DNA from: Candidatus Bathyarchaeota archaeon
Lineage (GTDB): Archaea; Thermoproteota; Bathyarchaeia; Bathyarchaeales; Bathycorpusculaceae
NCBI GenBank assembly: GCA_963815095.1
Contig: CAWFFH010000004.1
Coordinates: 231,790-295,789, forward strand
Length of the DNA stretch: 64,000 bases
Reading direction: 5' to 3'
The notes under the pieces: model-generated
The model's input: only the letters and a program-made list of their open reading frames with translations
Told to the model about the DNA's origin: nothing
The model's database searches: none
Program-made: the position numbers and the translations under genes
Shown: piece by piece, positions 30,210 to 39,497 of the stretch
How the letters are laid out: each line of letters starts with the position of its first letter
Numbering within the stretch: position 1 is the stretch's first letter

Positions 30210-31370
30210 GTGGATTTGATGCCCAACAAGCTTAATAGTGAATTTGCAGGAACTGGAATATATTCGATTTTGAAACTTGTTCCTGTGGGCATAATTATTT
30301 TGGAAAATCCTTCGAGAAAAATCACATACGCTAATGAACGTGCGGTAGAACTCTATGGTACAAACCCACTGGGACTCGAAATGAAAAATTATTCAACGAA
30401 AATGATGAAACTGCTCAGAACAAACGGTGAAATTTATCCCACTGAAAAACTTCCAGCAAACCGCGCTTTAAAAGGAGAAAAAATCTTTTGCGATAAAGCA
30501 ATAATCGAGCGAGATGATGGTTCAAGAATACTAATTTCCTCAACATCGGCTCCATTAACTGACGCGAAAGGCGAAATAATAGGTTCTGTTGCTATTTTTG
30601 AAGACATCACAGAAAAAAGTGAGCTTGAAGATAAACTCGCTTTGCATATGAAGCATCTAGAAACGCTTGTTTCTCAGCAAGTTGAACAACTTAAGAATGC
30701 TGAAAGACTGTCTGCTATCGGGCAAACTGCAGGTATGATTGGACATGACATAAGAAACCCCCTCCAATCAATTTGGAACGAAACATACTTGACCAAAAAA
30801 GATGTTGACCAATTACCTCAAAGCGAATGCAAAAATAGCATAAAAGAAAGCATCAAAAATATCGAAGAATACCTTTCTTACATAGACAGAATAGTTGCTG
30901 ACCTGCAAGATTTTGCTAAAACTCCAAAGCCAACCTTAGAGAAGGTTGCGGTGGAAAAAATCATTCACGATGTAATTTCAAGCATGGATATTCCAGAAAC
31001 TATACACGTTTCTCTTTTACTAGAAGATGGTTCTCTGGCACTTAAGACTGACCCAACATATATGAAGCGAATACTCACCAATCTGGTTTCTAATGCAATA
31101 CAAGCGTTGGCAAACGGCGGAACAATATCTATAAAAGTGAAACGCACGGAAAATAAAGCGCTCTTAATTGTTGAAGATAATGGAATGGGTATACCTTTTG
31201 AGGTTAGAGATAAAATATTCATGCCTTTGGTTACGACGAAAGCTAAAGGTCAAGGTTTTGGCTTGGCAGTCGTTAAGAAATTGGCGGAAGCATTAAATGG
31301 TAACGTGACTTTTGAGAGTGAAATAGGAAAAGGGACACGGTTTAATATTGAACTTCCATTAAGCGGATAA
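30210..31370 (+). CDS. PAS-domain sensor histidine kinase
   Basis: PAS/PAC ending FEDITE; GHDIRNPLQ, NAIQA, DNGMGI and GQGFGL. Confidence 0.92.
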   Translation: MDLMPNKLNSEFAGTGIYSILKLVPVGIIILENPSRKITYANERAVELYGTNPLGLEMKNYSTKMMKLLRTNGEIYPTEKLPANRALKGEKIFCDKAIIERDDGSRILISSTSAPLTDAKGEIIGSVAIFEDITEKSELEDKLALHMKHLETLVSQQVEQLKNAERLSAIGQTAGMIGHDIRNPLQSIWNETYLTKKDVDQLPQSECKNSIKESIKNIEEYLSYIDRIVADLQDFAKTPKPTLEKVAVEKIIHDVISSMDIPETIHVSLLLEDGSLALKTDPTYMKRILTNLVSNAIQALANGGTISIKVKRTENKALLIVEDNGMGIPFEVRDKIFMPLVTTKAKGQGFGLAVVKKLAEALNGNVTFESEIGKGTRFNIELPLSG

Positions 31371-31510
31371 ACATTCCTGATTTTGATTAATACTCAAAAG
31401 TAACCTTCTAAAAACTTTAAGATCAGTGCAGGTAAAACGAGCTGTGGCTCGATAAAAAATTAGAAATCCTGTACTTTTAAATATCAAATGAAGCCTTCGA
31501 CTATCCATAG

Positions 31511-31905
31511 ATGAGCACGGTGAAAACACAAGTCTCCAAATATGAAAAAATGCTCAAACGGGAGAAAAAGCCTCTGCATACATGATTCAAATGTATTGTG
31601 AAAGCCATCACAAATGAAACGGTGAGCTATGCCCCAAATGTAGCCAACTCAAGGAATATTTTTGGTCAAATCTTGAAAACTGTCCAGATCAAGAGAAGAA
31701 AAGCTGTTGTGGCCGATGTGGCTTGCGTTGTTACCCGCTTGAACGAAGGGAAGAAATAATGGAAGTTATGGGTTACGCAGGTCCAAGAATGATTACTAGT
31801 CATCCTATTGTAGCAATACAGCATCTTTGGGACACCCGAATGGAGCCTGGGCAACTAAAGAAGAGCAATCAAAAACCTCTAAAAAAAAGAATTAACTCCT
31901 GCTAA
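31511..31905 (+). pseudogene. YgbA / nitrous-oxide-stimulated promoter family protein, disrupted
   Basis: KREK followed by a frameshift in the A5 run near 31565, then MIQMYCESHHK, an in-frame TGA at 31615-31617, and ELCPKC...CYP...YAGPRM..HP. Confidence 0.8.
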
Positions 31906-32119
31906 AAGGCAAATCTTAACTTAGGAAAGCATTCAGCGTCAAAGAAATTTCAAGAACAGTTGAAAAAAATCGTTGAAAAGTTAGAAAACGAGGCCAAAAG
32001 ACCTTAACTTGTTTTTTCAGATAGGAAGACTTAAAGAACAAGTCAACGTAAAGCTAAAGGAGAGAAAAAGACAGTCACGACTTATCAGTTTTGACTTTTC
32101 AATGTTTAGGTGAAAAAAT

Positions 32120-32296
32120 ATGAAAGATTTCAAATGCCCAATATGTGGTGCATCAACGGAAAAAGTTTGGGAAAATGCAACCAAAACAAAATACGGAATG
32201 AGATGCACGAAGGGCCACAAAAAAACAGGTGGCAAATCACATGATTCAATAGAGTACCCTACATTTCTTGTTCCAGCAGAAGAACTTGCCAAGTAA
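32120..32296 (+). CDS. 58-aa zinc-binding microprotein
   Basis: MKDFKCPICG...MRCTKGH...; AGGTGA SD directly upstream. Confidence 0.7.
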   Translation: MKDFKCPICGASTEKVWENATKTKYGMRCTKGHKKTGGKSHDSIEYPTFLVPAEELAK

Positions 32297-32670
32297 AGAG
32301 TACCCCAAAAAATATTTTTATACAAACATGACAGATGAATTACATCAATAAATCCACTAGCCCATCAAAACGAAGAACGAACATAAATTGCGTTTTTAGT
32401 TAAGGATGATTCTTTAAATTTATTGATAATCTGAGATTTTTATTGGCTTTCTATCTTGCAACGGTGCAAAAATTTTTGATAATAAAATAGTAATTGCAAA
32501 TCCAAATTATAGACAAGAAATTCGCCTTTCTAAAAGCTTATCATTAGACGCCAGCATTAGGAATCAAGGAAAAAAAGAGCAAGCTATCCACGAGTATACT
32601 AAGTACTTTCGTTTTTTTGAAAACTTGTTTCGGTTGATTATAGATTCGTAAAAAGCCTTGTGTTTTTGTT

Positions 32671-32745
32671 TTAGAGTTTTCTTTTGGCTTTGCCAACGTC
32701 TTCTTTGATTTTTCCTTTAACTTTTTCTGCTTCGCCTTTAACCAA
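32671..32745 (-). CDS. 24-aa CsbD-like micropeptide
   Basis: From TTG: MVKGEAEKVKGKIKEDVGKAKRKL, resembling the CsbD KGKxKExxGK repeat. Confidence 0.5.
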   Translation of the reverse strand: MVKGEAEKVKGKIKEDVGKAKRKL

Positions 32746-32916
32746 ATTTTTCCGAAAAACATATATTATAAAAAAACCGAATTAAATTAGATGCTTTTTG
32801 ATGTTTTCTTTTCAAATCGTATTGAAGTTAATAAATGACAGGACATTTGATCAGTGATGATTTCGTATAGACAATTAACTTTTTTTGATAACCGTTGTTA
32901 TTAGAGTCGTGATTGC

Positions 32917-33432
32917 ATGGCAAAACGTGTTTTAGACATCGTGGATTCGTTAAGATTAAGAATTATACGGTTGACTAGACGTAGAGGGCGAGAAATTAAC
33001 ATCGACGTGTTTGCTAATCCAGAGAAGTACTTACTACGGTTGCCAATAGAAAAAATCGTTGCGGACACAAAAGTGGACCCGGAAGCTATAGAGATGTACA
33101 AAAAGAAAATCGAAAACGGAGAGAAAATCGCGCCCTTAATTGTCGTTAAGCATCCAAAATTTGACGTTTACGCAGTTTTAGATGGTCACCATAGGTATTA
33201 CGCTCTTTTAGAATCAGGAAAGAAAGAAGTAGATTGTGCCCTAGCCGGAGATTTCTCAAGTTTAATGTTTTACATGACTGAACAAGGTTATTTTCAACCA
33301 AAACCGCAAACGAAAGAAGAAAATCAAAAAAAGATTATCCATTTACACGAAAATGTCCAAGATTTTCTTCAGAATTTTCTGAAAGACCCAAACAAATTAC
33401 AAAAACCCAAGAGAGAAAAGCAACCAAGTTAA
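32917..33432 (+). CDS. ParB/sulfiredoxin-like N-terminal domain protein
   Basis: PLIV...VLDGHHRYYA motif. Confidence 0.8.
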   Translation: MAKRVLDIVDSLRLRIIRLTRRRGREINIDVFANPEKYLLRLPIEKIVADTKVDPEAIEMYKKKIENGEKIAPLIVVKHPKFDVYAVLDGHHRYYALLESGKKEVDCALAGDFSSLMFYMTEQGYFQPKPQTKEENQKKIIHLHENVQDFLQNFLKDPNKLQKPKREKQPS

Positions 33433-33574
33433 TCGATATTTCAGAATTTTTGAGCATTTAAAAATGTATCTTTGGGAGCATGCGAGAAAAAATTGTAACG
33501 TCCTCTATATGGTTTGAATGTTTACAAAAAAGTTGGGAAGCAGCTTCTGGGCTGCTAATTGTCTTCGTTTGATG

Positions 33575-33733
33575 TCATATTCTGCGTCCTGTTAGTAGTC
33601 TGTAAAGTATTATGAGAACGGCAATGACAAGGAGTACCCATACGATGGTGCCGAGGTTGAAGATGAAAAAGCCCAGAAGCCATAGCAAAACAAGGATCAA
33701 AGCTACTACGAAAAGAAAATCAAGTGCTCGCAT
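33575..33733 (-). CDS. Lmo0937/DUF5670-like small membrane protein
   Basis: Hand translation MRALDFLFVVALILVLLWLLGFFIFNLGTIVWVLLVIAVLIILYRLLTGRRI. Confidence 0.8.
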   Translation of the reverse strand: MRALDFLFVVALILVLLWLLGFFIFNLGTIVWVLLVIAVLIILYRLLTGRRI

Positions 33734-34029
33734 TTTCAAAAACTCTATTTACCCTTAACTCGCTAGCCTATTTTAAGCTGTGTGACTGTCAATTAACAGT
33801 AACAGCTTTTTGGTGTCTTTAATTTACTTTCTTCTTTTTCGACTTCAAGAATCTATTTCGAATTTGGTCATAAAATTGGGCGTTTGACGAATATTTGGTT
33901 GTTTTTTACCTGACTTTTTTGTAGAACTCCTTTTTCTTTTAGGGTCCCGCAAATAATACACGCATGAAATAATCTCAAACCTCCTTATGCTCGATTTTCA
34001 GCAGCATTCCCAAAAAAAGGGCTGTTTGT

Positions 34030-34356
34030 TTATGATAATATGAAGCCTATGACAAAGCCAACGATTAGTCCTAAACCGAGTGGTAGAATACCCATAAGAA
34101 GTACCCCGTATTGAACTGCAATAGGACCATATGTGTCTGCAATGCTTTTTAATGCGTCAAGACTTAAACCGAAAAACCCAAAGTAAGCTACCACGACAAG
34201 TATAATCGCAGCTATAATCGCGATTTTTAGAAATTTATGAAATAGATAGCCAACGATAAGTCCGATGACAAATGGAATAATCATCAAGACTAATGGTGGA
34301 ATACCGCCGATGGTTCCAGAGGTAATAAAATGAATAACTTGGTCTATAGCACCCAA
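34030..34356 (-). CDS. FUN14-like small membrane protein
   Basis: IGLIVGYLFHKFLKIA pattern; three TM segments. Confidence 0.65.
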   Translation of the reverse strand: MGAIDQVIHFITSGTIGGIPPLVLMIIPFVIGLIVGYLFHKFLKIAIIAAIILVVVAYFGFFGLSLDALKSIADTYGPIAVQYGVLLMGILPLGLGLIVGFVIGFILS

Positions 34357-34568
34357 AATTCACAACTCCAAACAAGTAAGGGGTGACTAACGCGACTATT
34401 AAACGCTCGTTGTTGTAGTCACGCAATCACAAAGTTAAGAGATTCAATAAAGAATTACTTTTTCCAAACTCAGAATGCTTAAGCTGAATCCAGATACATT
34501 TTAACAAATTTTAAGGAAACAACAAGTTATTTAAACAAATTTAAAGATACTTAATCTCGGTAATTAGA

Positions 34569-34949
34569 ATGGAAAAAGAAGACCAAATTATAGAAGAATT
34601 AAAGAAAATTAGAGCTGCCCTTGAAAAACCACCAGCACCAGAACCTCCAAAAGGCTTTGTGAACGAATTCAAAGATTTCTTGTCGAAGTACAAGATTCTT
34701 GGCTTGGCAGTTGCGTTTGTTTTAGCATTGTATGTGGGTCTTTTGATTCAAGCGCTTGTTAAAGACTTTATTATTCCGCTTTTGGGCTTAGCAATACCTG
34801 GCTTGTCAAACTTGGCTACCTATTCTGTTGACGTTTTGAAGCAGACATTTGGTGTAGGCGACTTTTTAGTTGCTCTCATTACTTTCATTATAGTAGCACT
34901 TATTGTGTTCATTATAGTGAAAGTGGCTAAAAGAATGAAAATAGAATAA
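34569..34949 (+). CDS. mscL: Large-conductance mechanosensitive channel family protein
   Basis: EFKDFL...GLAVAFVL...LVKDFIIPL...GDFLVALITFIIVA. Confidence 0.85.
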   Translation: MEKEDQIIEELKKIRAALEKPPAPEPPKGFVNEFKDFLSKYKILGLAVAFVLALYVGLLIQALVKDFIIPLLGLAIPGLSNLATYSVDVLKQTFGVGDFLVALITFIIVALIVFIIVKVAKRMKIE

Positions 34950-35048
34950 ACCTATTTTCTTTTTTTTAACTAAAAAACCACAGGGAATTTTTGCTTTTTA
35001 AAAGCTTAAATTTGTAAGTAACAGAATAACGTTATCCAGGTTTTCATT

Positions 35049-35396
35049 GTGAGCACCCAAAAAGTTGATGAAGTTCTAGAAAAAACTTACAGGCTTACAA
35101 TAAGAGTGGTCACTTTTCAAAAAAATGTGGCAATAGAAAATGTTAATGTTCAAGTTTCCAGATTGGAAAAAGAAGCGATAACACCCAAGCAATGGGCTGA
35201 AAACCTCAAAAATGGATCTCCTTTTAAAACCTTGATGCTCTCAATGAATACTGATAGTAATGGGACCGTAATAGCTGATCTTCCAGTAGGAGTCTATGAA
35301 GCTAAAGTCGAAAAGTACGGGTTAAGTAAAGTTTGCGAATTAACCCAAAACGTTGACGTTCTCTTTCTTGAACCGAAAAAGCATTGGTGGCAATAA
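35049..35396 (+). CDS. Hypothetical beta-sandwich (carboxypeptidase-regulatory-like) protein
   Basis: NTDSNG...LPVGVYEAKVEKYG pattern. Confidence 0.65.
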   Translation: MSTQKVDEVLEKTYRLTIRVVTFQKNVAIENVNVQVSRLEKEAITPKQWAENLKNGSPFKTLMLSMNTDSNGTVIADLPVGVYEAKVEKYGLSKVCELTQNVDVLFLEPKKHWWQ

Positions 35397-35484
35397 TTTA
35401 ATACAGAGCACAGAAATAGACCAATTTAAGGAATAGTTGAACATGTGCTATCCACTTTTGAATCTGAATCGGCCAAAACCATTG

Positions 35485-35913
35485 TTATACTATATTGAAA
35501 AAGTGTATAATTAACCCCAATAACAATACGAGAGCCCAAATTAAAAAAGTGGGTTTCATAAGTTTCCATGTTTTGGCGCAACCGAGTTCTCCTAAAGGAT
35601 GCAGTATCCATGAAACAATGATCACTAAACCCAGCGAAATTGCGGCTATTCCTAAGCCAACATGGAACCAAACGATTATAGATTGCAAGATAGACAATCC
35701 AAGGATGAAAGTGAGTTGTGTACTAAAAACAGGAATCATTGTATAAAATATTGTAATAAGGTTAAGTGCAAGCGCTAAGATGCTTAGAAAGCCATGCATT
35801 ATGAGGTTTCTGGTTTTGGTCCTCATTCTTATTGGATAAACCCCTATTATAAGCAGGATTAATGCGATAATTTGAATAACAGAAACTACATTTCCTTGAA
35901 AGTCAAGTGCCAT
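35485..35913 (-). CDS. DUF420-like four-TM membrane protein
   Basis: Conserved His in helices 2 and 3 (IMHGF, WFHVG); paralog of 36830-37246. Confidence 0.7.
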   Translation of the reverse strand: MALDFQGNVVSVIQIIALILLIIGVYPIRMRTKTRNLIMHGFLSILALALNLITIFYTMIPVFSTQLTFILGLSILQSIIVWFHVGLGIAAISLGLVIIVSWILHPLGELGCAKTWKLMKPTFLIWALVLLLGLIIHFFNIV

Positions 35914-35924
35914 TATTTTAACCG

Positions 35925-36102
35925 CAGTTATTTTAAAATAACTGAACCTATCTATTAATTGTTTTATTCTTCCAAAAGGTGCTTAAATGGCGCTACTACG
36001 CCTTTTGAACCCAAAGCTTTTTCTCTATCTTAGAAACATGTGAAAAAGTTAGTCAAGAAAGTTTGACTAAACAATCCGGATTCAGATCAGAGGTTAGTCA
36101 AG
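35925..36102. promoter_or_regulatory. Palindromic operator-like sites in a divergent promoter
   Basis: Perfect 20-bp palindrome CAGTTATTTTAAAATAACTG (35925-35944); TTAGTCAA-N6-TTGACTAA (36049-36070); extra half-site at 36093-36102. Confidence 0.55.
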
Positions 36103-36158
36103 GTTTCTTTACGAAAAAGCTTTAAAACGGCTGCGTCAACGGGCTATATTGATGAGAA

Positions 36159-36833
36159 ATGAAGGTCTTCAATGCTGTCTTTTTGGTAAGCATCCTGTTT
36201 TCTGTTTTAATCGTTGCCTCACCCTCACACGCTTCTGGCGGACCTTCAGTGGGAGTCAAAGAGGGCGATTGGATGGAATACAACGTTAACATAACAGGCA
36301 ATGCTCCACCAATACATCAAGGCGTTGTTGAAATGAGAATAGAAGTCATGCATGTTGAAGGCGCAGCGTTCCCAGCAAATTTTACTCTCAGGTTCGCTAA
36401 TGGGACCTTGTCCAGTTCCATTTGGCAGTTTAATTTTACTGAAGGCAATGTTGGAGGTTGGATAATTATTCCTTCCATTCTTGCGCCAGGAAAGACTTTT
36501 TTTGATAACTTTTCCAAAACAGATAAAGAAATAACTATTCAAAGTCAAGAACGACAAACAGTGCTAGGTGCTAGCCGAACCGTAACATACGCAAACGACT
36601 CATATAGATTTAAAGAATGGGACAAAGAAACTGGCGTTTTTATTCGCTCTTCCGAAATTTTCAGAAATTGGAGTGCATATGTAAATTTAATTTCGACAAA
36701 CCTGTGGAGGCCTCAAATTCTCGGATTAAATCCGACAGTGTTCTATATGCTAACATCCATAAGCGTAGGGTTGGCAGTTTTGATAATGTCTTCCGCAATT
36801 GTTGCTTTCCGAAAAAGAGGAAGAACTGAATGA
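36159..36833 (+). CDS. Secreted membrane-anchored hypothetical protein
   Basis: Signal peptide, VGVKEGDWMEY, WDKETGV and C-terminal TM plus RKR. Confidence 0.75.
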   Translation: MKVFNAVFLVSILFSVLIVASPSHASGGPSVGVKEGDWMEYNVNITGNAPPIHQGVVEMRIEVMHVEGAAFPANFTLRFANGTLSSSIWQFNFTEGNVGGWIIIPSILAPGKTFFDNFSKTDKEITIQSQERQTVLGASRTVTYANDSYRFKEWDKETGVFIRSSEIFRNWSAYVNLISTNLWRPQILGLNPTVFYMLTSISVGLAVLIMSSAIVAFRKRGRTE

Positions 36834-37246
36834 GTGTTGCTGAGATTAATCTTGTCATGCAAACTTTTTGGACAGCTTTGATCTTAGTAAGTATGTGGTT
36901 TAGAAACAAAGGCAATTATCTTGTACACGGAATTATCATGATAGTTGTGGTTGGCGCAACGTTAATCAGTTTTTCTACTGTGCTGTTTATGACTCCCCCA
37001 AACAGCGGTTCCATGGAAATATATTTCAGTTCACCTTTGAAATTGGCCGAATTTATTTCGCATGCAATTTTATCAATTCCCGCGATATTCTTTGGAGTAT
37101 GGTTTGTTGCCCTTTGGCGTCCTAAGTCAACATCATTTGCAGCCAAGAGCAAAAAGATAGCGCAAGTAACAGCAATTTTGTGGGTCCTATCCTATGTGGC
37201 GGGTGTTTTGGGTTTTTTGGCGGACTACACCTCTCTTTTTGGATAA
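36830..37246 (+). CDS. DUF420-like four-TM membrane protein
   Basis: LVHGII and ISHAIL His motifs; ATGA overlap with the upstream gene. Confidence 0.7.
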   Translation: MSVAEINLVMQTFWTALILVSMWFRNKGNYLVHGIIMIVVVGATLISFSTVLFMTPPNSGSMEIYFSSPLKLAEFISHAILSIPAIFFGVWFVALWRPKSTSFAAKSKKIAQVTAILWVLSYVAGVLGFLADYTSLFG

Positions 37247-37287
37247 TGCACGTTGACAATAGCAGCTTTTTGGCAAATCCTGGAAGT

Positions 37288-37569
37288 TCATTTTCTGTAA
37301 ATTAGGAGAGTGTCAGGTTCAGTTTTGTTTGGGGAATATTTTGTTTTCCAAAAACTGCCCGTTTGGAAGTTAAGTTGATGATTAAATAGTGTGCCTTGTA
37401 CGCATTTTTTTGTTTCCTCATCAAGAATTCCTCTAATAATAATTTGATACCCCGAGGTAGGAGTGTTGGGTGAGGTTAATTCTAATCCATGTCCATCCAA
37501 ACCTCTGCAGTTATCAAGGAGTTCTTTTAACACTGATATTGCTTCTTCACGTTTCAAACCAATTCCCAC
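37288..37569 (-). CDS. Small hypothetical protein, R-x2-A-x3-[ILM]KE[IL] family (copy 3)
   Basis: LKREEAISVLKELL...GYQIIIRG...LLIYRK. Confidence 0.7.
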   Translation of the reverse strand: MGIGLKREEAISVLKELLDNCRGLDGHGLELTSPNTPTSGYQIIIRGILDEETKKCVQGTLFNHQLNFQTGSFWKTKYSPNKTEPDTLLIYRK

Positions 37570-37778
37570 CTATCTCAAAGTAAATTCTCATAAAAACATT
37601 AGGCTTAGGTTACAATCTAAAATAGGCAACGCTCAAGGATTGTTTGAAATTGATGTTTTCAAATGTCAAACCATCATTCTAAGGATAACTTATTGATTAT
37701 TTTGAGCATTAGATGATTGGGTGAACCCGTATGTGTAAGGGGCAAAATATTTATACATAAATAACACTGTTATACGTA

Positions 37779-37841
37779 ATGAGCAGGAAGCATAAATTGA
37801 AACCTTGCCCAAGGACCAATCCCCTTATGCTTCCTGCCCAT
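37779..37841 (+). ncRNA. Candidate sRNA (13-bp outer stem, TGAAACCTT/AAGG core)
   Basis: GCAGGAAGCATAA/TTATGCTTCCTGC perfect inverted repeat; TATA ATTTATAC at 37749-37756; T5 at 37846-37850. Confidence 0.6.
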
Positions 37842-37924
37842 ATAATTTTTCATACAATCATAATTTAATTTTTAATTAAAAAGACAATAACAAAATAGAG
37901 GGAATTTAATTAATCCCTAATCAA

Positions 37925-38578
37925 TTAGGTTTCTAAGCTTGTGCGTTTATTTTGGCCAATTCCGATTTCTACTTCAGGAATCTTTTCTTTTAGCCTATTT
38001 TCTGCGATACATTCTGCTTCTTCTAAGATTTGCAATGCATCTGCACTTGCCATTATCGTATTTACCGGTGTATCAGCACCTTGGTTGGTCGTAGTTGTAA
38101 CTATGTCTGAAAGAAGGTTTCCAATGTTTCCGAGTTCTTGGCTTGCTTCAGGAAATATGCTGCACATTTCAGAGCGGATATTATTTATCATGCTTTTAGC
38201 GGGGCTCAACACTGCAACTACGTCACCCAGTTCTGAAACCGTACTCAACCGCATCGACATACTTTGCATGGCCAGGGAAGCTTGTGAGAGCATTTTTTCA
38301 ACTTTACGTATCTCGCCTAATTCTGTAGCAAGAATGTTTGCGCGCGCCGTATCCCTTTCTGTCATGGCTTTCACAACCCGCTTAAAAATGTCCGCATCAC
38401 GAACCTCAAAACGTTGCACTGCAGCATCCAATGTCCTAGTCTGAGCGTCAAGACGTTGAGTAACCACGCCAATTTGCTCTTTGAGGTTTACTTGCGGCTT
38501 GGCCATGTTTTTAATCTTTGAAACAACATTAGGCTCTTTTTCTTTTTCCGTCCACCTGCTAATGAAATGGTTAACCAA
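37925..38578 (-). CDS. Snf7/ESCRT-III family protein (CdvB1/2-like)
   Basis: RDADIFKRVV...ANILATELGEIRK...MRLSTVSELGDVV...LSPA; ILEEA near the C-terminus; no C-terminal wH extension. Confidence 0.85.
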   Translation of the reverse strand: MVNHFISRWTEKEKEPNVVSKIKNMAKPQVNLKEQIGVVTQRLDAQTRTLDAAVQRFEVRDADIFKRVVKAMTERDTARANILATELGEIRKVEKMLSQASLAMQSMSMRLSTVSELGDVVAVLSPAKSMINNIRSEMCSIFPEASQELGNIGNLLSDIVTTTTNQGADTPVNTIMASADALQILEEAECIAENRLKEKIPEVEIGIGQNKRTSLET

Positions 38579-38823
38579 ATTAGTTATCTCCTAAGCTACA
38601 CCTTAAACCTGAGGCAATAAAAGAGTGTTCTACCTTTAAAGTTAAAACGAAGCTCTGATAAATGCTGGTTTTTAATCTTCCCTATAAACATCTCAAGTGA
38701 CTTAAGATTTGTTCTCCATGAGTTTTCTAATAAAGCATGGCACGGGGTGAGAATTTGTATTTATGCTCCATGGGGGCAGGTTCCCTTCCAAAAATCTTTT
38801 TTCGACCAGAGTCGTTTTAATTG

Positions 38824-39357
38824 CTACAATAGCAAGTTAGCAGCTTCTACGTTTCTGCGAAGTAGCCTGGAACGTGTTTCATATTTAACTCTCTTGTCCG
38901 TTATTGGCAACTCAAGGTCTTTAGCAGTCAACTCTAAAATTTTTTGAACAAGGGTTTGCGCAGCTTTTCCAATTTCTTCAACAGGCAACGTTTTTTCTTT
39001 TTCACAGACTCCTGTGCAGCAGGATGAAAATGGGAAGTTCAATTCCAACTCTATTGTGTTTTTCTCAAAATCAAAGTCCACGATTGTAAAGGGCTCTAGT
39101 CTACAAACTGCTGGACGCACCTCGTAAATCGCACATTCATTATTTTTCGTAAGAAACCAGCAGCCGTCGTCCTTTTTTCTCCGAATCCACGCAATTCCTG
39201 TTCCGTCGGGATGTTCCAAAAAATCCTTAAAACCTTTGGCTTCTATCTTTTTCTGTTCCTTTTTATTTACGTCGGGAGGCTGCATGCCGCAACAAACCCC
39301 GCAGTTTCTGCATCGAAAGCCTATTGAATCAGGAAAGACAACGTTTTCGAATTTCAA
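38824..39357 (-). CDS. YkgJ family cysteine-cluster protein
   Basis: FRCRNCGVCC...CWFL...CAIYEVRPAVCRLEPF. Confidence 0.88.
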   Translation of the reverse strand: MKFENVVFPDSIGFRCRNCGVCCGMQPPDVNKKEQKKIEAKGFKDFLEHPDGTGIAWIRRKKDDGCWFLTKNNECAIYEVRPAVCRLEPFTIVDFDFEKNTIELELNFPFSSCCTGVCEKEKTLPVEEIGKAAQTLVQKILELTAKDLELPITDKRVKYETRSRLLRRNVEAANLLL

Positions 39358-39497
39358 GGTAATTGTGAATTGGGCTGAATGGTTTATTTAGATTGCGTGG
39401 AAAAAATAAATATTGATTTGCTTGTGGTCGTTCCAGTTTTTATCTGGAAGTTTAGGCCTTTCAATGATCGAATCAGTGGAGCACTTAGGAACTTCTG

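Noticed and set aside
31615-31617. In-frame TGA as possible selenocysteine
   Set aside because: It falls in a variable linker rather than a conserved Cys position, the gene also has a frameshift, and no SECIS-like element was evident.
32017-32762. ORFs 32017-32325 and 32544-32762
   Set aside because: Antisense or alternate frames of the 58-aa Zn protein and the CsbD-like peptide.
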